DNA from: an uncultured Candidatus Binatia bacterium
Lineage (GTDB): Bacteria; Desulfobacterota; Binatia; UBA9968; CAXXLF01
Reading direction: 5' to 3'
NCBI GenBank assembly: GCA_965218425.1
Contig: OZ244621.1
Span: 3,104,001-3,168,000 of the forward strand
Length of the DNA stretch: 64,000 nt
Position 1 is the first letter of the stretch. The number at the start of each line of letters is the position of its first letter. The position numbers were made by a program, and so were the translations under genes. A model generated the notes under the pieces. That model was not told the origin of the DNA, did not search any database, and worked only from the letters and a program-made list of their open reading frames with translations. Positions 20,268-30,337 of this stretch are shown in pieces.

Positions 20268-21422
20268 ATGAGAATCGGCCTGGCTAATAAACGACTTGAC
20301 CTCGGAGGGGGAAATGAACGGATCTTTTATCATACGGCGGAGGGGCTCAGGGACCTGGGCCACGAAGTCCATCTCTTTTGCAGTGATTTTCGTGTGCCTC
20401 CCCCCATGGGGACCCTGGCTCACAAAGTCCCGTCCATACATCTTGGAAGAACCGCCCAACTCCTCAGCTTTGCTCACTTTTGCCCGAAGGTGATCCGACC
20501 TCACAATTGCGATGTGGTTTTAAGCTTCGCACGGATGGTATGCCAGGATATCCTGCGTAGCAGCGGTGGATCTCATCGGGTGTTTTTAGAAAAGATGAGC
20601 TTGGGGGAGGGGGCCCTGAGGCGGTTTTGGCGTCGCGTTAGCCTTTACCACCGAAGTGTCCTCGGACTTGAGACGCGCCAGTTTCATTCCAATGCCTATA
20701 AGAAGATCCTTGCCATTTCCCAGCAGGTGAAAAGAGAGCTTGTTCAATCCTACGGAGTCCCTGAGGATCGAATTGTCGTGATTTACAATGGCGTGGACCT
20801 CCAGAAATTCCATCCCGGGAATCGGGAGAGAGTTAGAGTAAAGATAAAGCAGATGTGGGGGATACCCCCCGAAGCGCCTCTGGTGCTGTTTGTTGGCAGC
20901 GGATTTTTGAGAAAGGGTCTTGACCGGTTGATCAGAGGATGGCGGGAACCCTCTCTTAGCGAAGTTTACCTTTTAGTGGTGGGTGATGACCTGCATTTGA
21001 ACCGCTATCGTCAAAGAGCACAGGCCCAGGGTCAGGATAGGATTGTTCTGGCCGGCCGTCAAAGCAACATCGAAGACTACTTCGCAGCTGCAGATATTCT
21101 TGCGCACCCCGCCCTTCAAGAAGCTTTTGGAAATGTTATGCTAGAGGCCCTGGCGTCCGGTGTTCCCGTGATCACTACCTCCATCGTAGGTGCGGCTGAG
21201 CAACTCAAGGGTCCTCTCAAAAATGGCATTCTGACCAACCCGGACGATCCCTGGGAGATGGCGGAAAAAATCCTGTGGATGCTCGACCCAGATTACTGGC
21301 CAACTCTTTCCGCACAGGCCAGAAGAACCGGGGAGAACTTTACTTGGGAAAATCACTTTCGTGAGCTCGAATCCCTTCTTATGGAAGTGGCCAAATTGGA
21401 CAAACGTGAAGAGTCTACCTGA
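20268..21422 (+). CDS. GT4 glycosyltransferase (WaaG-like)
   Basis: GGNER, YNGVD, FVGSGFLRKGL, EAFGNVMLEALASG; ATG at 20268 after AAGGA. Confidence 0.85.
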   Translation: MRIGLANKRLDLGGGNERIFYHTAEGLRDLGHEVHLFCSDFRVPPPMGTLAHKVPSIHLGRTAQLLSFAHFCPKVIRPHNCDVVLSFARMVCQDILRSSGGSHRVFLEKMSLGEGALRRFWRRVSLYHRSVLGLETRQFHSNAYKKILAISQQVKRELVQSYGVPEDRIVVIYNGVDLQKFHPGNRERVRVKIKQMWGIPPEAPLVLFVGSGFLRKGLDRLIRGWREPSLSEVYLLVVGDDLHLNRYRQRAQAQGQDRIVLAGRQSNIEDYFAAADILAHPALQEAFGNVMLEALASGVPVITTSIVGAAEQLKGPLKNGILTNPDDPWEMAEKILWMLDPDYWPTLSAQARRTGENFTWENHFRELESLLMEVAKLDKREEST

Positions 21423-22257
21423 CCATATTCATTTGAGAAATGGTTTCTCTTCACTTTGGATCTCTCGCTCTTTGGATGCCCAATCGGCCCTCCGTCTGTT
21501 TTCCGATCCAGATGCACTCTTTGCGCATCCCCGGTGTAAGCTGATTAAAGACCGGAGAAAAATAAAAGTGGGTCGGGTCCCCTTGGAAATGGGTGGTGGG
21601 CCCAGATACATTTACTTGAAGCGTTACAATGCCTTCTCTTGGCGCTATCGCTTCGTGTCTCTACTGGTTTCTTCCGCCGCACTTCGGTCCTGGGCGGGAG
21701 CTGGCCTCCTAACGGGGGCGGATTTCCGCACGGCAAAGCCCGTGGCGGCGGTGGAGTGTCGTTCATGGGGAATGCTGACCAAGAGTTTCTACATCGCGGA
21801 GGAGATTCCAGGTGGAAGCGCCGTGGATGGACACTGGCGGGAAAAGCTCAGGGACATGAAGGGGGCCGAGGGGTTTCGCCGCCGGCGGATTTTCTTGGGG
21901 ACCCTGGCTCGGTTGTTTCGATCCCTCCATGAGATGGGCATTTATCATAATGACCTCAAAGAGGCGAACATCTTTGTATGTCGGAATGAGGACGTTCATG
22001 AAGGGTCGTTTTACCTCTTGGATCTAGATGGGATCCGGAAGTTTCGCCGTTTAGGCGAACGACGAAGGATCAAGAATCTGGTCCAACTCAATCGGACAAT
22101 GGGAAGAATGATGAGCAATGCGAAAAAAATCTATTTTCTCAAATCCTACTTGGGCGGAGACTTTTCCAATGGAGAGATAAAGAGAGAGTGGATCAAAAGA
22201 ATTATAAAGGTGAGCGGGCGAGAGGATAGACGCTCGCTCAGACAAACCTTGGGTTGA
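21406..22257 (+). CDS. LPS core kinase (WaaP/InaA family)
   Basis: IYLKRY, HEMGIYHNDLKEANIF, LLDLDG, KNLVQLN. Confidence 0.8.
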   Translation: MKSLPDHIHLRNGFSSLWISRSLDAQSALRLFSDPDALFAHPRCKLIKDRRKIKVGRVPLEMGGGPRYIYLKRYNAFSWRYRFVSLLVSSAALRSWAGAGLLTGADFRTAKPVAAVECRSWGMLTKSFYIAEEIPGGSAVDGHWREKLRDMKGAEGFRRRRIFLGTLARLFRSLHEMGIYHNDLKEANIFVCRNEDVHEGSFYLLDLDGIRKFRRLGERRRIKNLVQLNRTMGRMMSNAKKIYFLKSYLGGDFSNGEIKREWIKRIIKVSGREDRRSLRQTLG

Positions 22258-22400
22258 CCTTGCAAGAGTCCGCATCCAAATCTATCAATGTGCAAGAAAA
22301 CCTTTCCACTCAAGTCCCCAACAGCTATCTTGCCTTCGCTGCTATTTTGTTGGCGTTGGCAATGAGGCTCTACCTGTTCGAGAACTACTACACCATAAAG
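22254..22400 (+). pseudogene. Possible truncated N-terminus of a membrane protein (ArnT/GT-C-like)
   Basis: TTG start overlaps the upstream stop; one TM segment ending LALAMRLYLF, then no recognisable continuation. Confidence 0.3.
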
Positions 22401-22701
22401 CTTCCGATATCTAAGATCACACCTTTGCCGAATGTGGACTGTGCCGGCCGGCAGAGAAACCCGCCTTCGGTGGGGGGCAACATCCCCTCTACGTTTGAGA
22501 CGGCCTCTTCAGTTTCTTTCCATGGGCTGCTCATGGGTTGCGCCGCCTGAAGAGCGGTGGGAGGTCGGGCTGAAACAAAGGCGCAAGACTCATTATCGAA
22601 AACCACGGTGGCGTTGGGCGACACAACTGGTCCCGTGTAACCCGTGCGGTTGATTTTCGCCATGGTGAAGCGGAAAATAGGGGGAATCGCAAACAACGCT
22701 C

Positions 22702-23493
22702 ATGTCTACCAATGGACGAAAAATTTCAGCCCTTATCGTATGTTACAATGAAGAGGAGAACATCCGCGACTGTCTGGAGAGTCTAAAATGGTGCGATGAA
22801 ATTGTGGTGGTGGATTCCATGAGCACGGATCACACTGTGGCTATCTGTCGGGAGTATACCGATCATGTAATCCAGCGGACATGGGCGGGTTATCGGGATC
22901 AAAAGGCCTTTGCCCATTCCCAGGCCACCCAGGAGTGGGCCATGCTGGTGGATGCGGATGAAAGGGTAACCATTGAATTGAGGGATGAGATCTTGCATGC
23001 CCTTGTCCGTTTCGGGGATCGCTTTGATGCTTTTGCTGTGCCGCGCCTTGTTCGCTATCTTGGAATATGGTGGTGGCGTGGGGATTGGTACCCCGACTAC
23101 GATATCAGGGTATTTCGACGAGACCGTGCCACCTGGGGCGAACAGGATCCGCACGAGCGTATCCTCGTTCCAGGAAAGGTTCGGCGTCTAAGGCACGCCT
23201 TGCATCATCACTCGTACCGAGACATTAGCGATCACTTAAATCGGGTCAATCGCTTCACCACAATCTCGGCGGGAGAGATCAAGGGGCTGGGGCGACGCTG
23301 GGGCTGGACGGACAACCTCTTGCGCCCCCCCTTTCGCTTCTTTCGTGCCTTCGTGCTGAAAAGAGCGTTCCTGGATGGATTGCCCGGATTTTTCGTGGCT
23401 GTAACGGGAGCAATTTATGTCTTCCTTAAATATGCTAAACTCAAGGAACTGGAATTGATGGATCAGGAGAAACGCCGACGTGGAGGAAACTAG
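22702..23493 (+). CDS. GT2 glycosyltransferase (KdtX/WaaE-like)
   Basis: YNEEENIRDCLES, DSMSTD, DADE, WYPD, HE. Confidence 0.9.
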   Translation: MSTNGRKISALIVCYNEEENIRDCLESLKWCDEIVVVDSMSTDHTVAICREYTDHVIQRTWAGYRDQKAFAHSQATQEWAMLVDADERVTIELRDEILHALVRFGDRFDAFAVPRLVRYLGIWWWRGDWYPDYDIRVFRRDRATWGEQDPHERILVPGKVRRLRHALHHHSYRDISDHLNRVNRFTTISAGEIKGLGRRWGWTDNLLRPPFRFFRAFVLKRAFLDGLPGFFVAVTGAIYVFLKYAKLKELELMDQEKRRRGGN

Positions 23494-24595
23494 ACGGCCG
23501 CTAAAAATTTTGCATGTGGATTCAGAGAAGGATTGGGCCGGCGGTCAGACTCAGGTGGTGGGTCTCCTCTCCTATCTTTCCGGTAAGATGCATCAGAATC
23601 ATCTTTTGTGTCATCCCGACGGGGCCCTCCAGAAAAGGGTCCGGAACATGGGTATCCCGACATTGCCCCTCAAGGTAAAAAACGACCTGGATCTGTTGCC
23701 GGTTTTTCGCTTGAAGCGACTCATCAGGGAAGAGCGGTATGATATTGTCCACTTTCATACCAGGAGAGCCCATGCCCTATGTTTCTGGCTGGGACAGATT
23801 CATCCAGGGCTCAAGTATGTGGTGACGCGGAGAATGGACTATCGGATAAAGAAAAATTGGTACAATGATCGTCTTTATGACAAACAGGTGGATGGAGTGG
23901 TTGCCATCTCTGAAAAAATTGCATCCCTGTTGGCCGAAGGGGGAGTGAACAGGGAAAAGATCCGTGTCATCCATAGCGGTATTGATCCCCAACCTTTTCA
24001 AAGGGAAAACGTAGACGAACCCAATTCCACCCGGCTCATTGTGGGAACGGTGGCGGTGCTAGAACAGAGAAAGGGCCATCGATTTTTGTTGGAAGCGGCG
24101 AAGATTCTGAAGGACCAGGGCATTCGGTTGCGCTATCTCTTTGCTGGAGAAGGTGCCGAACGGAATTATCTAGAGCGGCTTGTGCTTAAGTGGGGACTCC
24201 AGGACGAGGTGGCTTTTATCGGCTTCGTGAGTGACATCCCATCGTTTCTAGCTGGCATCGATATTTTTGTTTTGCCTTCTCTGTATGAGGGCCTCGGGGT
24301 TTCCGTTATTGAGGCCATGGCGGCTGGCAAGCCAGTGGTGGCCAGTCGGGTGGGAGGCGTTCCCGAATCGGTGGAAGACCACATAACGGGTTTATTGGTC
24401 CCGCCGGGAGATCCTCCGGCATTGGCCCGGGTGATCTCAAATCTACTTTCTCAGAGAGAGACCCTAGAGAGAATGGGCATGAAGGGGAGGAAGCGCGTAC
24501 AGCGGCACTTCACTCTAGAGCTCATGGCTAAGAGGAACGAAGAGTTTTATTACGAGCTTCTTCAAGACGGGATAGGAAGTGAGCCCATCCAATAG
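23480..24595 (+). CDS. GT4 glycosyltransferase
   Basis: GGQ, IHSGID, KGH, PSLYEGLGVSVIEAMAAG. Confidence 0.9.
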   Translation: MEETRRPLKILHVDSEKDWAGGQTQVVGLLSYLSGKMHQNHLLCHPDGALQKRVRNMGIPTLPLKVKNDLDLLPVFRLKRLIREERYDIVHFHTRRAHALCFWLGQIHPGLKYVVTRRMDYRIKKNWYNDRLYDKQVDGVVAISEKIASLLAEGGVNREKIRVIHSGIDPQPFQRENVDEPNSTRLIVGTVAVLEQRKGHRFLLEAAKILKDQGIRLRYLFAGEGAERNYLERLVLKWGLQDEVAFIGFVSDIPSFLAGIDIFVLPSLYEGLGVSVIEAMAAGKPVVASRVGGVPESVEDHITGLLVPPGDPPALARVISNLLSQRETLERMGMKGRKRVQRHFTLELMAKRNEEFYYELLQDGIGSEPIQ

Positions 24596-25583
24596 CCGTA
24601 GAAGAAAATTTCTCACCCTAGTGAATCGATTCCGCGGCAAACATCTACTGGTGGTGGGTGATTTGATGTTGGACCGATTTATTTGGGGCGAGGTGGAACG
24701 GATGTCACCTGAGGCGCCGGTTCCTGTGGTTCGGGTGGTTTCGGAAAGTCACCGTCTCGGGGGAGCAGCCAACGTCATTCACAACGTCCGCGGACTTGGA
24801 GGGCGTGTCACTGCATGTGGGGTTTTGGGAAAGGACGAAGCGGGAAGGCAGCTGCTTAGCGACCTCAAGGTCATTGGAAGCTCCACCGCAGGGGTCTTTG
24901 CAGAGCCTCGGTTCATGACCACCCAGAAGAGCCGGTTGATTGCCCGACCTCGCCACCAACAGCTGGTTCGATTGGACCATGAAAATCATGGAGCCATAAG
25001 CGAGAAGGTGTGTGAACAAATTCGCCGGTTTGTGAAACGTCAAATGAGCCGATGCGATGCTGTGGTGGTTTCCGATTATGACAAGGGAGTCGTTCATCCT
25101 GAGCTTTTGGAAGTCATCGGCGAATTGGTTCAGAAAATGGGCATTCCATGTGTGGTGGATCCGAAAAAAGAGAACTTTGGCAGATACCGCAACGCAACTC
25201 TTGTGACCCCCAATAAGGAGGAGGCTGGTGAAGCGGCGGGTATAGCTATCCATGATCAGGCCTCCTTGGAAAGAGCGGGCGATGTGCTGCTAAAAAAGTG
25301 GCAAGCCAACGCCGTGCTGGTGACCCGAGGGCAGGAGGGTATGAGCTTGTTCCGTCACGATGGATCCGTTGGATATTTTCCCACCGCCGCCAAGGAAGTC
25401 TTCGACGTCACGGGGGCAGGGGACACCGTGGTGGCCACCTGTGCTTTGACCCTCGCAAGCGGGGGAACCTTTGAAGATGCCGCAACCTTGGCCAATTTGG
25501 CTGCCGGAATAGTAGTGGGAGAGGTGGGTACCGCCAACGTACCTGAGGACCGGCTCAGACAGCAGATCCGCGAGTGGTACTAG
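24579..25583 (+). CDS. rfaE1: D-glycero-beta-D-manno-heptose-7-phosphate kinase (HldE kinase half)
   Basis: GDLMLDRF, SPEAPVPV, SDYDKG, DVTGAGDTV. Confidence 0.93.
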   Translation: MSPSNSRRRKFLTLVNRFRGKHLLVVGDLMLDRFIWGEVERMSPEAPVPVVRVVSESHRLGGAANVIHNVRGLGGRVTACGVLGKDEAGRQLLSDLKVIGSSTAGVFAEPRFMTTQKSRLIARPRHQQLVRLDHENHGAISEKVCEQIRRFVKRQMSRCDAVVVSDYDKGVVHPELLEVIGELVQKMGIPCVVDPKKENFGRYRNATLVTPNKEEAGEAAGIAIHDQASLERAGDVLLKKWQANAVLVTRGQEGMSLFRHDGSVGYFPTAAKEVFDVTGAGDTVVATCALTLASGGTFEDAATLANLAAGIVVGEVGTANVPEDRLRQQIREWY

Positions 25584-25767
25584 GCTTCATCTAATTATCC
25601 GTCCAGGAATTTATCGTTGGCAGATAACCCATGGCGCTCCGGGTTTGTTTGTGCCATATTCCGGCAACTGTGTTTTTTGCGAAGGACTATGATGGATTTC
25701 CGAAGCCCAATGAAACGTTCTGGGCCTTTGTTTGGGGTCTTTGAACTTGGTACATGAAAGGGAAGTG

Positions 25768-26640
25768 ATGGGCTCAATGAAAAGCATGACGGGTTACGGT
25801 GAATCCACAGCTCAGGGCAAGGCGGCAAAGGTTTCCGTCCAGCTCCGCACATTGAACCACCGCCACCTGGACATTCAGCTTAGGGTGCCGAGACATTACC
25901 TTGCCATCGAGGAAGGCATGCGGCAGAAGATTCGACAGAGCATCTCAAGGGGCCGGGTGGAGTTGTTCATCACGCGATCTCCAGTTAAGGGGACGGGCCG
26001 CAAACTAGAGCTGGATGAGGTTTTGTTGGAGCAGTATCTGTCCGCCATTCGACGGGCCAAGAAAAGATTTGGTCTCAAGGGAGAGTTGGATCTTGCGTTG
26101 GTTTCTAGTCTCCCAGACCTTTTCCAGTCCAGGGAAGAGGAGGGTATCGGGGAAAATGAGAGGGGGCTGGTTTTAAAGACGCTTGGTGCGGCCCTTGCAA
26201 ACCTCGATCGTTCCAGGGGTCGAGAGGGAAATCATCTAAAACAAGATATCCAGGAGCAAGTGCGCGAGCTCCAGAAGATTTGTGCCGGTTTGCGTGAGGA
26301 AGCCAAAAAGGTGGAGAAGTCACTGCGGGATTCCATTTCCTTCCGGGAGGGGGGTAAATCGCCGGAGGGGCAACGGGGCGCTTGGGAACATGAAAATTCC
26401 CTCCCCAAGGGGGATATTCACGAAGAGGTGATTCGGCTTAAAAGCCATGTGGATGGCTTATGGCGATTGGTGCGGGAGAGTGGGTCTGTGGGGAAAAAGA
26501 TGGATTTTCTACTCCAAGAAGTGCAGCGAGAGCTGACAACCATGAGTTCCAAAGCGCCCCATCTTTCAGTGGTGGGATTGGTTTTGACGGGTAAGGAGAA
26601 GGTGGAAAAAATCAGAGAACAGGTTCAAAACGTCGAGTGA
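25768..26640 (+). CDS. yicC: YicC/YloC family endoribonuclease
   Basis: SMTGYG, NHRHLD, DIHEE, GKKMDFLLQE, EKIREQVQNVE. Confidence 0.9.
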   Translation: MGSMKSMTGYGESTAQGKAAKVSVQLRTLNHRHLDIQLRVPRHYLAIEEGMRQKIRQSISRGRVELFITRSPVKGTGRKLELDEVLLEQYLSAIRRAKKRFGLKGELDLALVSSLPDLFQSREEEGIGENERGLVLKTLGAALANLDRSRGREGNHLKQDIQEQVRELQKICAGLREEAKKVEKSLRDSISFREGGKSPEGQRGAWEHENSLPKGDIHEEVIRLKSHVDGLWRLVRESGSVGKKMDFLLQEVQRELTTMSSKAPHLSVVGLVLTGKEKVEKIREQVQNVE

Positions 26641-27263
26641 GAAAGCCCCCTGCTATGCCTGTCAGGCGTAAAGGCTTTATCTTTGTTGTTTCGGCTCCAT
26701 CGGGCGCGGGTAAGACGACCCTTGTAAAGAGGCTCTTGAAGCTGTTCCCTGATATCCGCCTCTCGGTGTCATGCACCACACGGAGCATCAGACCTGGGGA
26801 AATCCGTGGTCGGGATTATCACTTTGTGGGCCGGGGAAAATTCGAGCTCATGCGCGACAGAGGTGACTTTGCTGAATGGGCAAAGGTCCATGGGAGCTAT
26901 TATGGAACCCCTTGGCGCCCCTTGGATCGTAGCCTCAGAAACGGTTATGATGTTCTATTAGACATTGACGTGGTGGGTTTTCGAAAAATCAAACGACGGT
27001 ACCCCAACGCGGTGTCTGTTTTTCTACTTCCTCCCTCCTGGCAGGAGCTGGAGAGGCGACTGGCCTCAAGGAAAACTGACGGAAAAGAAGTAATTCGGAA
27101 ACGATTAAAGAACGCGCAGCGGGAGTTGCGTGAAAGCAAGAGGTACGATTTTTTGATCGTCAACCGCGAGATCCGTGATGCTCTGGACTCGCTCAAGTCT
27201 ATTGTGAAGGCGGAAAGGCTGCGAGTCTCCAGAGTGCGGCGTTGGAAGGATCCATCCCCTTGA
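26637..27263 (+). CDS. gmk: Guanylate kinase
   Basis: SAPSGAGKTT, SVSCTTR, RPGE..G.DY, YYGT. Confidence 0.96.
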   Translation: MRKPPAMPVRRKGFIFVVSAPSGAGKTTLVKRLLKLFPDIRLSVSCTTRSIRPGEIRGRDYHFVGRGKFELMRDRGDFAEWAKVHGSYYGTPWRPLDRSLRNGYDVLLDIDVVGFRKIKRRYPNAVSVFLLPPSWQELERRLASRKTDGKEVIRKRLKNAQRELRESKRYDFLIVNREIRDALDSLKSIVKAERLRVSRVRRWKDPSP

Positions 27264-27291
27264 GGATGGGAAATTTCCAGGGACCATTGTT

Positions 27292-29454
27292 ATGAGCAAG
27301 GAAGTTCGCGTTGGCGATTTAATTGAAAGAGTTCAAGGCTATCATCCAGCGGCGGATGTAGACATGATCCGTTGTGCCTACGACTTCTCCGCCAAAGTCC
27401 ACAAAGGCCAGAGGCGCTTGTCAGGTGAACCCTATCTGATCCATCCCATGGCTGTGGCAGGGATTATTGCAGACCTAAAACTTGACGTGCCAAGTATTGT
27501 GGCGGGATTACTCCACGACACAGTGGAGGACACCTTGACTTCCTTGGAGCAGGTTGAAGATTCCTTTGGCAATGAGGTGGCTGCCCTGGTGGATGGGGTC
27601 ACAAAAATCAGCCAGGTTAATTTCACCAGTCGAGAAGAAAAGCAGGCGGAGAACGTCCGCAAGATGATCCTGGCCATGGGCAAGGATGTGCGTGTCATCT
27701 TGATTAAGTTGGCGGACCGAACCCACAACATGCGGACCTTAAGCCACATGCCGATGGAAAAGCAGATCGCCACGGCTCAAGAGACCTTGGACATTTACGC
27801 CCCCTTGGCTCGTCGTTTGGGTATCGAATGGATCAAATGCGAACTGGAGGACCACTCCCTTCAGTATCTGCGCCCCGAAATCTTTTATCAACTCAGACGG
27901 GACGTGGCGGAAAAAAAGGGGGACCAGGAAAAGTACATCAATGATGTCATTACGGTCATTAGTAAAAAGTTGGCGGAGGAAGGAATTGACACCGAGGTTA
28001 CCGGACGGCTCAAGCACTTCTACAGCATCTATCAAAAGATGGAAAGTCAAAACCTTCCCTATGACCAGATCCATGATCTGGTTGCGTTCCGCATTGTGGT
28101 GGATACGGTGCGGGAGTGTTATGAGACCTTAGGGGTGATTCACTCACACTGGAAGCCCGTTCCCGGTCGTTTCAAGGATTACATCGCTTTACCCAAACCC
28201 AACATGTTTCAGTCCCTCCATACCACTGTTATCGGTCCCCATGGGCAACGTGCGGAAATTCAGATCCGGACCCATGAAATGCACCGCGTGGCGGAGGAAG
28301 GGATCGCAGCCCACTGGCGCTACAAAGAAGGGAAGGATTTCGAGTTCACGGAGATCCAAGGGTTTGCCTGGTTGCGCCAGCTTCTTGAGTGGCAGCAAAA
28401 CCTCGAAGATCCGCAGGAATTTCTCCATAGCATCAAGGAGGACCTTTTCCCTGAGGAGGTCTACGTGTTTACTCCGAAGGGCGACCTCATAAACTTTCCC
28501 AAGGGAGCCAATGTGATTGATTTTGCCTATCGAATTCACTCTGACATTGGACACCGCTGTTCTGGCGCACGGGTGAATGGTCGGTTGGTTTCATTGAGAT
28601 ATATTCTGCGTAGCGGCGATACGGTTGAAATCATCAGAACCCATCAACAGACCCCTAGTCGCGATTGGCTCAAACTAGTCAAGACGCCACGAGCAAAGGC
28701 GAGGATTCGCAATTGGATTAAGACCCAGGAGCGAGAAAGGAGCGTGGACCTCGGTCGCGAACTCTTGGAGGGGGACCTCAACCAGTATCAACTGGATTAC
28801 GCAGCGCTTCGTCGTGAGGGCAAGATTGAAACCATGGCCCGTGAACTCGGCGCAAAGGACGAGGAAGGCCTTCTGGCCGGTATCGGTTACGGCAAGATCA
28901 GTCCGCTTCAGGTTTTGACCAAACTGGTCTCCCCGGAAAAGCTGGAGAGCGGCCAGAAAAAGAGCGAGGGGGCGCTGAGTCGTCTTTTTCGTATGGCGGG
29001 TGGTCAACAACGAGGCCAGGGTTTAAAGGTCAAAGGGTTAGGAGATGTTCTGGTTCGCTTTGGCCAGTGCTGTCATCCTTTACCGGGAGAAGATGTGATC
29101 GGTTTTATCACGCGGGGTAGGGGGGTTACGGTCCATGTTTCAAGCTGCCCCACAGTTTTGGAAAGTGACCCGCAAAGGAAGGTGGGTGTGAGATGGGAAG
29201 ATGAGGGGCAAACCCGACGACCCATTAAAATTGAGGTAAGCTGCGTTGACCGACCGGGACTCTTAGCCGACATTAGCTCGGCCATTACCAGCTCAAAGGT
29301 GAACATCGCAAGGGCCTACGTTCGTACCTTCCCTGATCAAAAGGCCCTGAATACCTTTGAGATCATGATTACCAACTCAGACGAGCTAAATCGCGTTCTG
29401 AGAAGCATTACAAAAGTCAAAGGCGTCTATACAGCGGTGAGGGCGAGGGGATAG
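27292..29454 (+). CDS. spoT: Bifunctional (p)ppGpp synthetase/hydrolase (Rel/SpoT)
   Basis: Intact HDTVED hydrolase motif, RFKD, EIQIRT, TGS and ACT domains. Confidence 0.95.
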   Translation: MSKEVRVGDLIERVQGYHPAADVDMIRCAYDFSAKVHKGQRRLSGEPYLIHPMAVAGIIADLKLDVPSIVAGLLHDTVEDTLTSLEQVEDSFGNEVAALVDGVTKISQVNFTSREEKQAENVRKMILAMGKDVRVILIKLADRTHNMRTLSHMPMEKQIATAQETLDIYAPLARRLGIEWIKCELEDHSLQYLRPEIFYQLRRDVAEKKGDQEKYINDVITVISKKLAEEGIDTEVTGRLKHFYSIYQKMESQNLPYDQIHDLVAFRIVVDTVRECYETLGVIHSHWKPVPGRFKDYIALPKPNMFQSLHTTVIGPHGQRAEIQIRTHEMHRVAEEGIAAHWRYKEGKDFEFTEIQGFAWLRQLLEWQQNLEDPQEFLHSIKEDLFPEEVYVFTPKGDLINFPKGANVIDFAYRIHSDIGHRCSGARVNGRLVSLRYILRSGDTVEIIRTHQQTPSRDWLKLVKTPRAKARIRNWIKTQERERSVDLGRELLEGDLNQYQLDYAALRREGKIETMARELGAKDEEGLLAGIGYGKISPLQVLTKLVSPEKLESGQKKSEGALSRLFRMAGGQQRGQGLKVKGLGDVLVRFGQCCHPLPGEDVIGFITRGRGVTVHVSSCPTVLESDPQRKVGVRWEDEGQTRRPIKIEVSCVDRPGLLADISSAITSSKVNIARAYVRTFPDQKALNTFEIMITNSDELNRVLRSITKVKGVYTAVRARG

Positions 29455-29482
29455 ATTGATTTTGGATTAATCTAAAATCAAT
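29455..29482. terminator. 28-bp AT-rich near-perfect palindrome between convergent genes
   Basis: ATTGATTTTGGATTAATCTAAAATCAAT with one G-T mismatch; terminator role is inferred. Confidence 0.4.
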
Positions 29483-29487
29483 AATCT

Positions 29488-29679
29488 TCAGGCGACCTTC
29501 ACCACCCGGCCTGAACGGATGCAGTGGGTACACACGGAGACCCGACGCACCTGACCATCGACCTGGGCCCGTACCTTCTGAAGGTTGGGTTGCCAGACTT
29601 TTTTGGTTTTATTGTTGGCGTGGCTTACGTTGTATCCTACGGATCGCCCTTTGCCGCAGATTGAGCAGATTCTTGCCAT
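29488..29679 (-). CDS. rpmB: 50S ribosomal protein L28 (zinc-binding form)
   Basis: [33 protein letters not shown]. Confidence 0.97.
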   Translation of the reverse strand: MARICSICGKGRSVGYNVSHANNKTKKVWQPNLQKVRAQVDGQVRRVSVCTHCIRSGRVVKVA

Positions 29680-30155
29680 AACTCTTCTCGACGAATTCTT
29701 TCTATAATATTTGTGGTAGAGTGGCCTGAAAGGAAGGGTAAGGCAACCACTTTACCTCCATGACCCTCTACAGTATCTTTACCGATGATATGGTCTTGAG
29801 TCCAATCTCCCCCCTTGACCAAAACGTTTGGCTGAAGGGCCCCTATAAGTTCAGCCGGGTCAGCCTGGAAAAAAACCGTAACATAGTCTACCATCTCCAA
29901 GGATGCAATCAACTCCGCCCTTTCCGTCTCCGGGAGAATCGGGCGGTTTGGGCCTTTGATTTTCTTAACCGAACTGTCGCTATTGAGGGCTACGATGAGA
30001 AGATCCCCGAGTTTTTTTGCTTCCCTCAGTAGATGAACGTGTCCGAGATGAAGAAGATCAAAACAACCGTTGGTAAAGACAATTTTTTGATTTTTGAATT
30101 TGGCCTTTGTGGCGATGGACCTAAGCTCACCAAGCTTTTTGATCTTTCCCGGCAC
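29637..30155 (-). CDS. rfaE2: Heptose-1-phosphate adenylyltransferase (HldE transferase half)
   Basis: [27 protein letters not shown]. Confidence 0.94.
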   Translation of the reverse strand: MPGKIKKLGELRSIATKAKFKNQKIVFTNGCFDLLHLGHVHLLREAKKLGDLLIVALNSDSSVKKIKGPNRPILPETERAELIASLEMVDYVTVFFQADPAELIGALQPNVLVKGGDWTQDHIIGKDTVEGHGGKVVALPFLSGHSTTNIIERIRREELWQESAQSAAKGDP

Positions 30156-30337
30156 GTTAGATGGGTACCATGTCCCTAGTACGAATGCAATAACATGGGA
30201 TCACTCCGGGTGGCCGGGTGGGTGCAAAATTAGGGGTGCTTATTGACCGCCGCAGGGTTGAACATCCGGCCAAAATTCGCTAAGGGTTATAACTCTCAAA
30301 GCTTTGCATTTTTGGCTCATTTAGATCGGAGGAAGTT

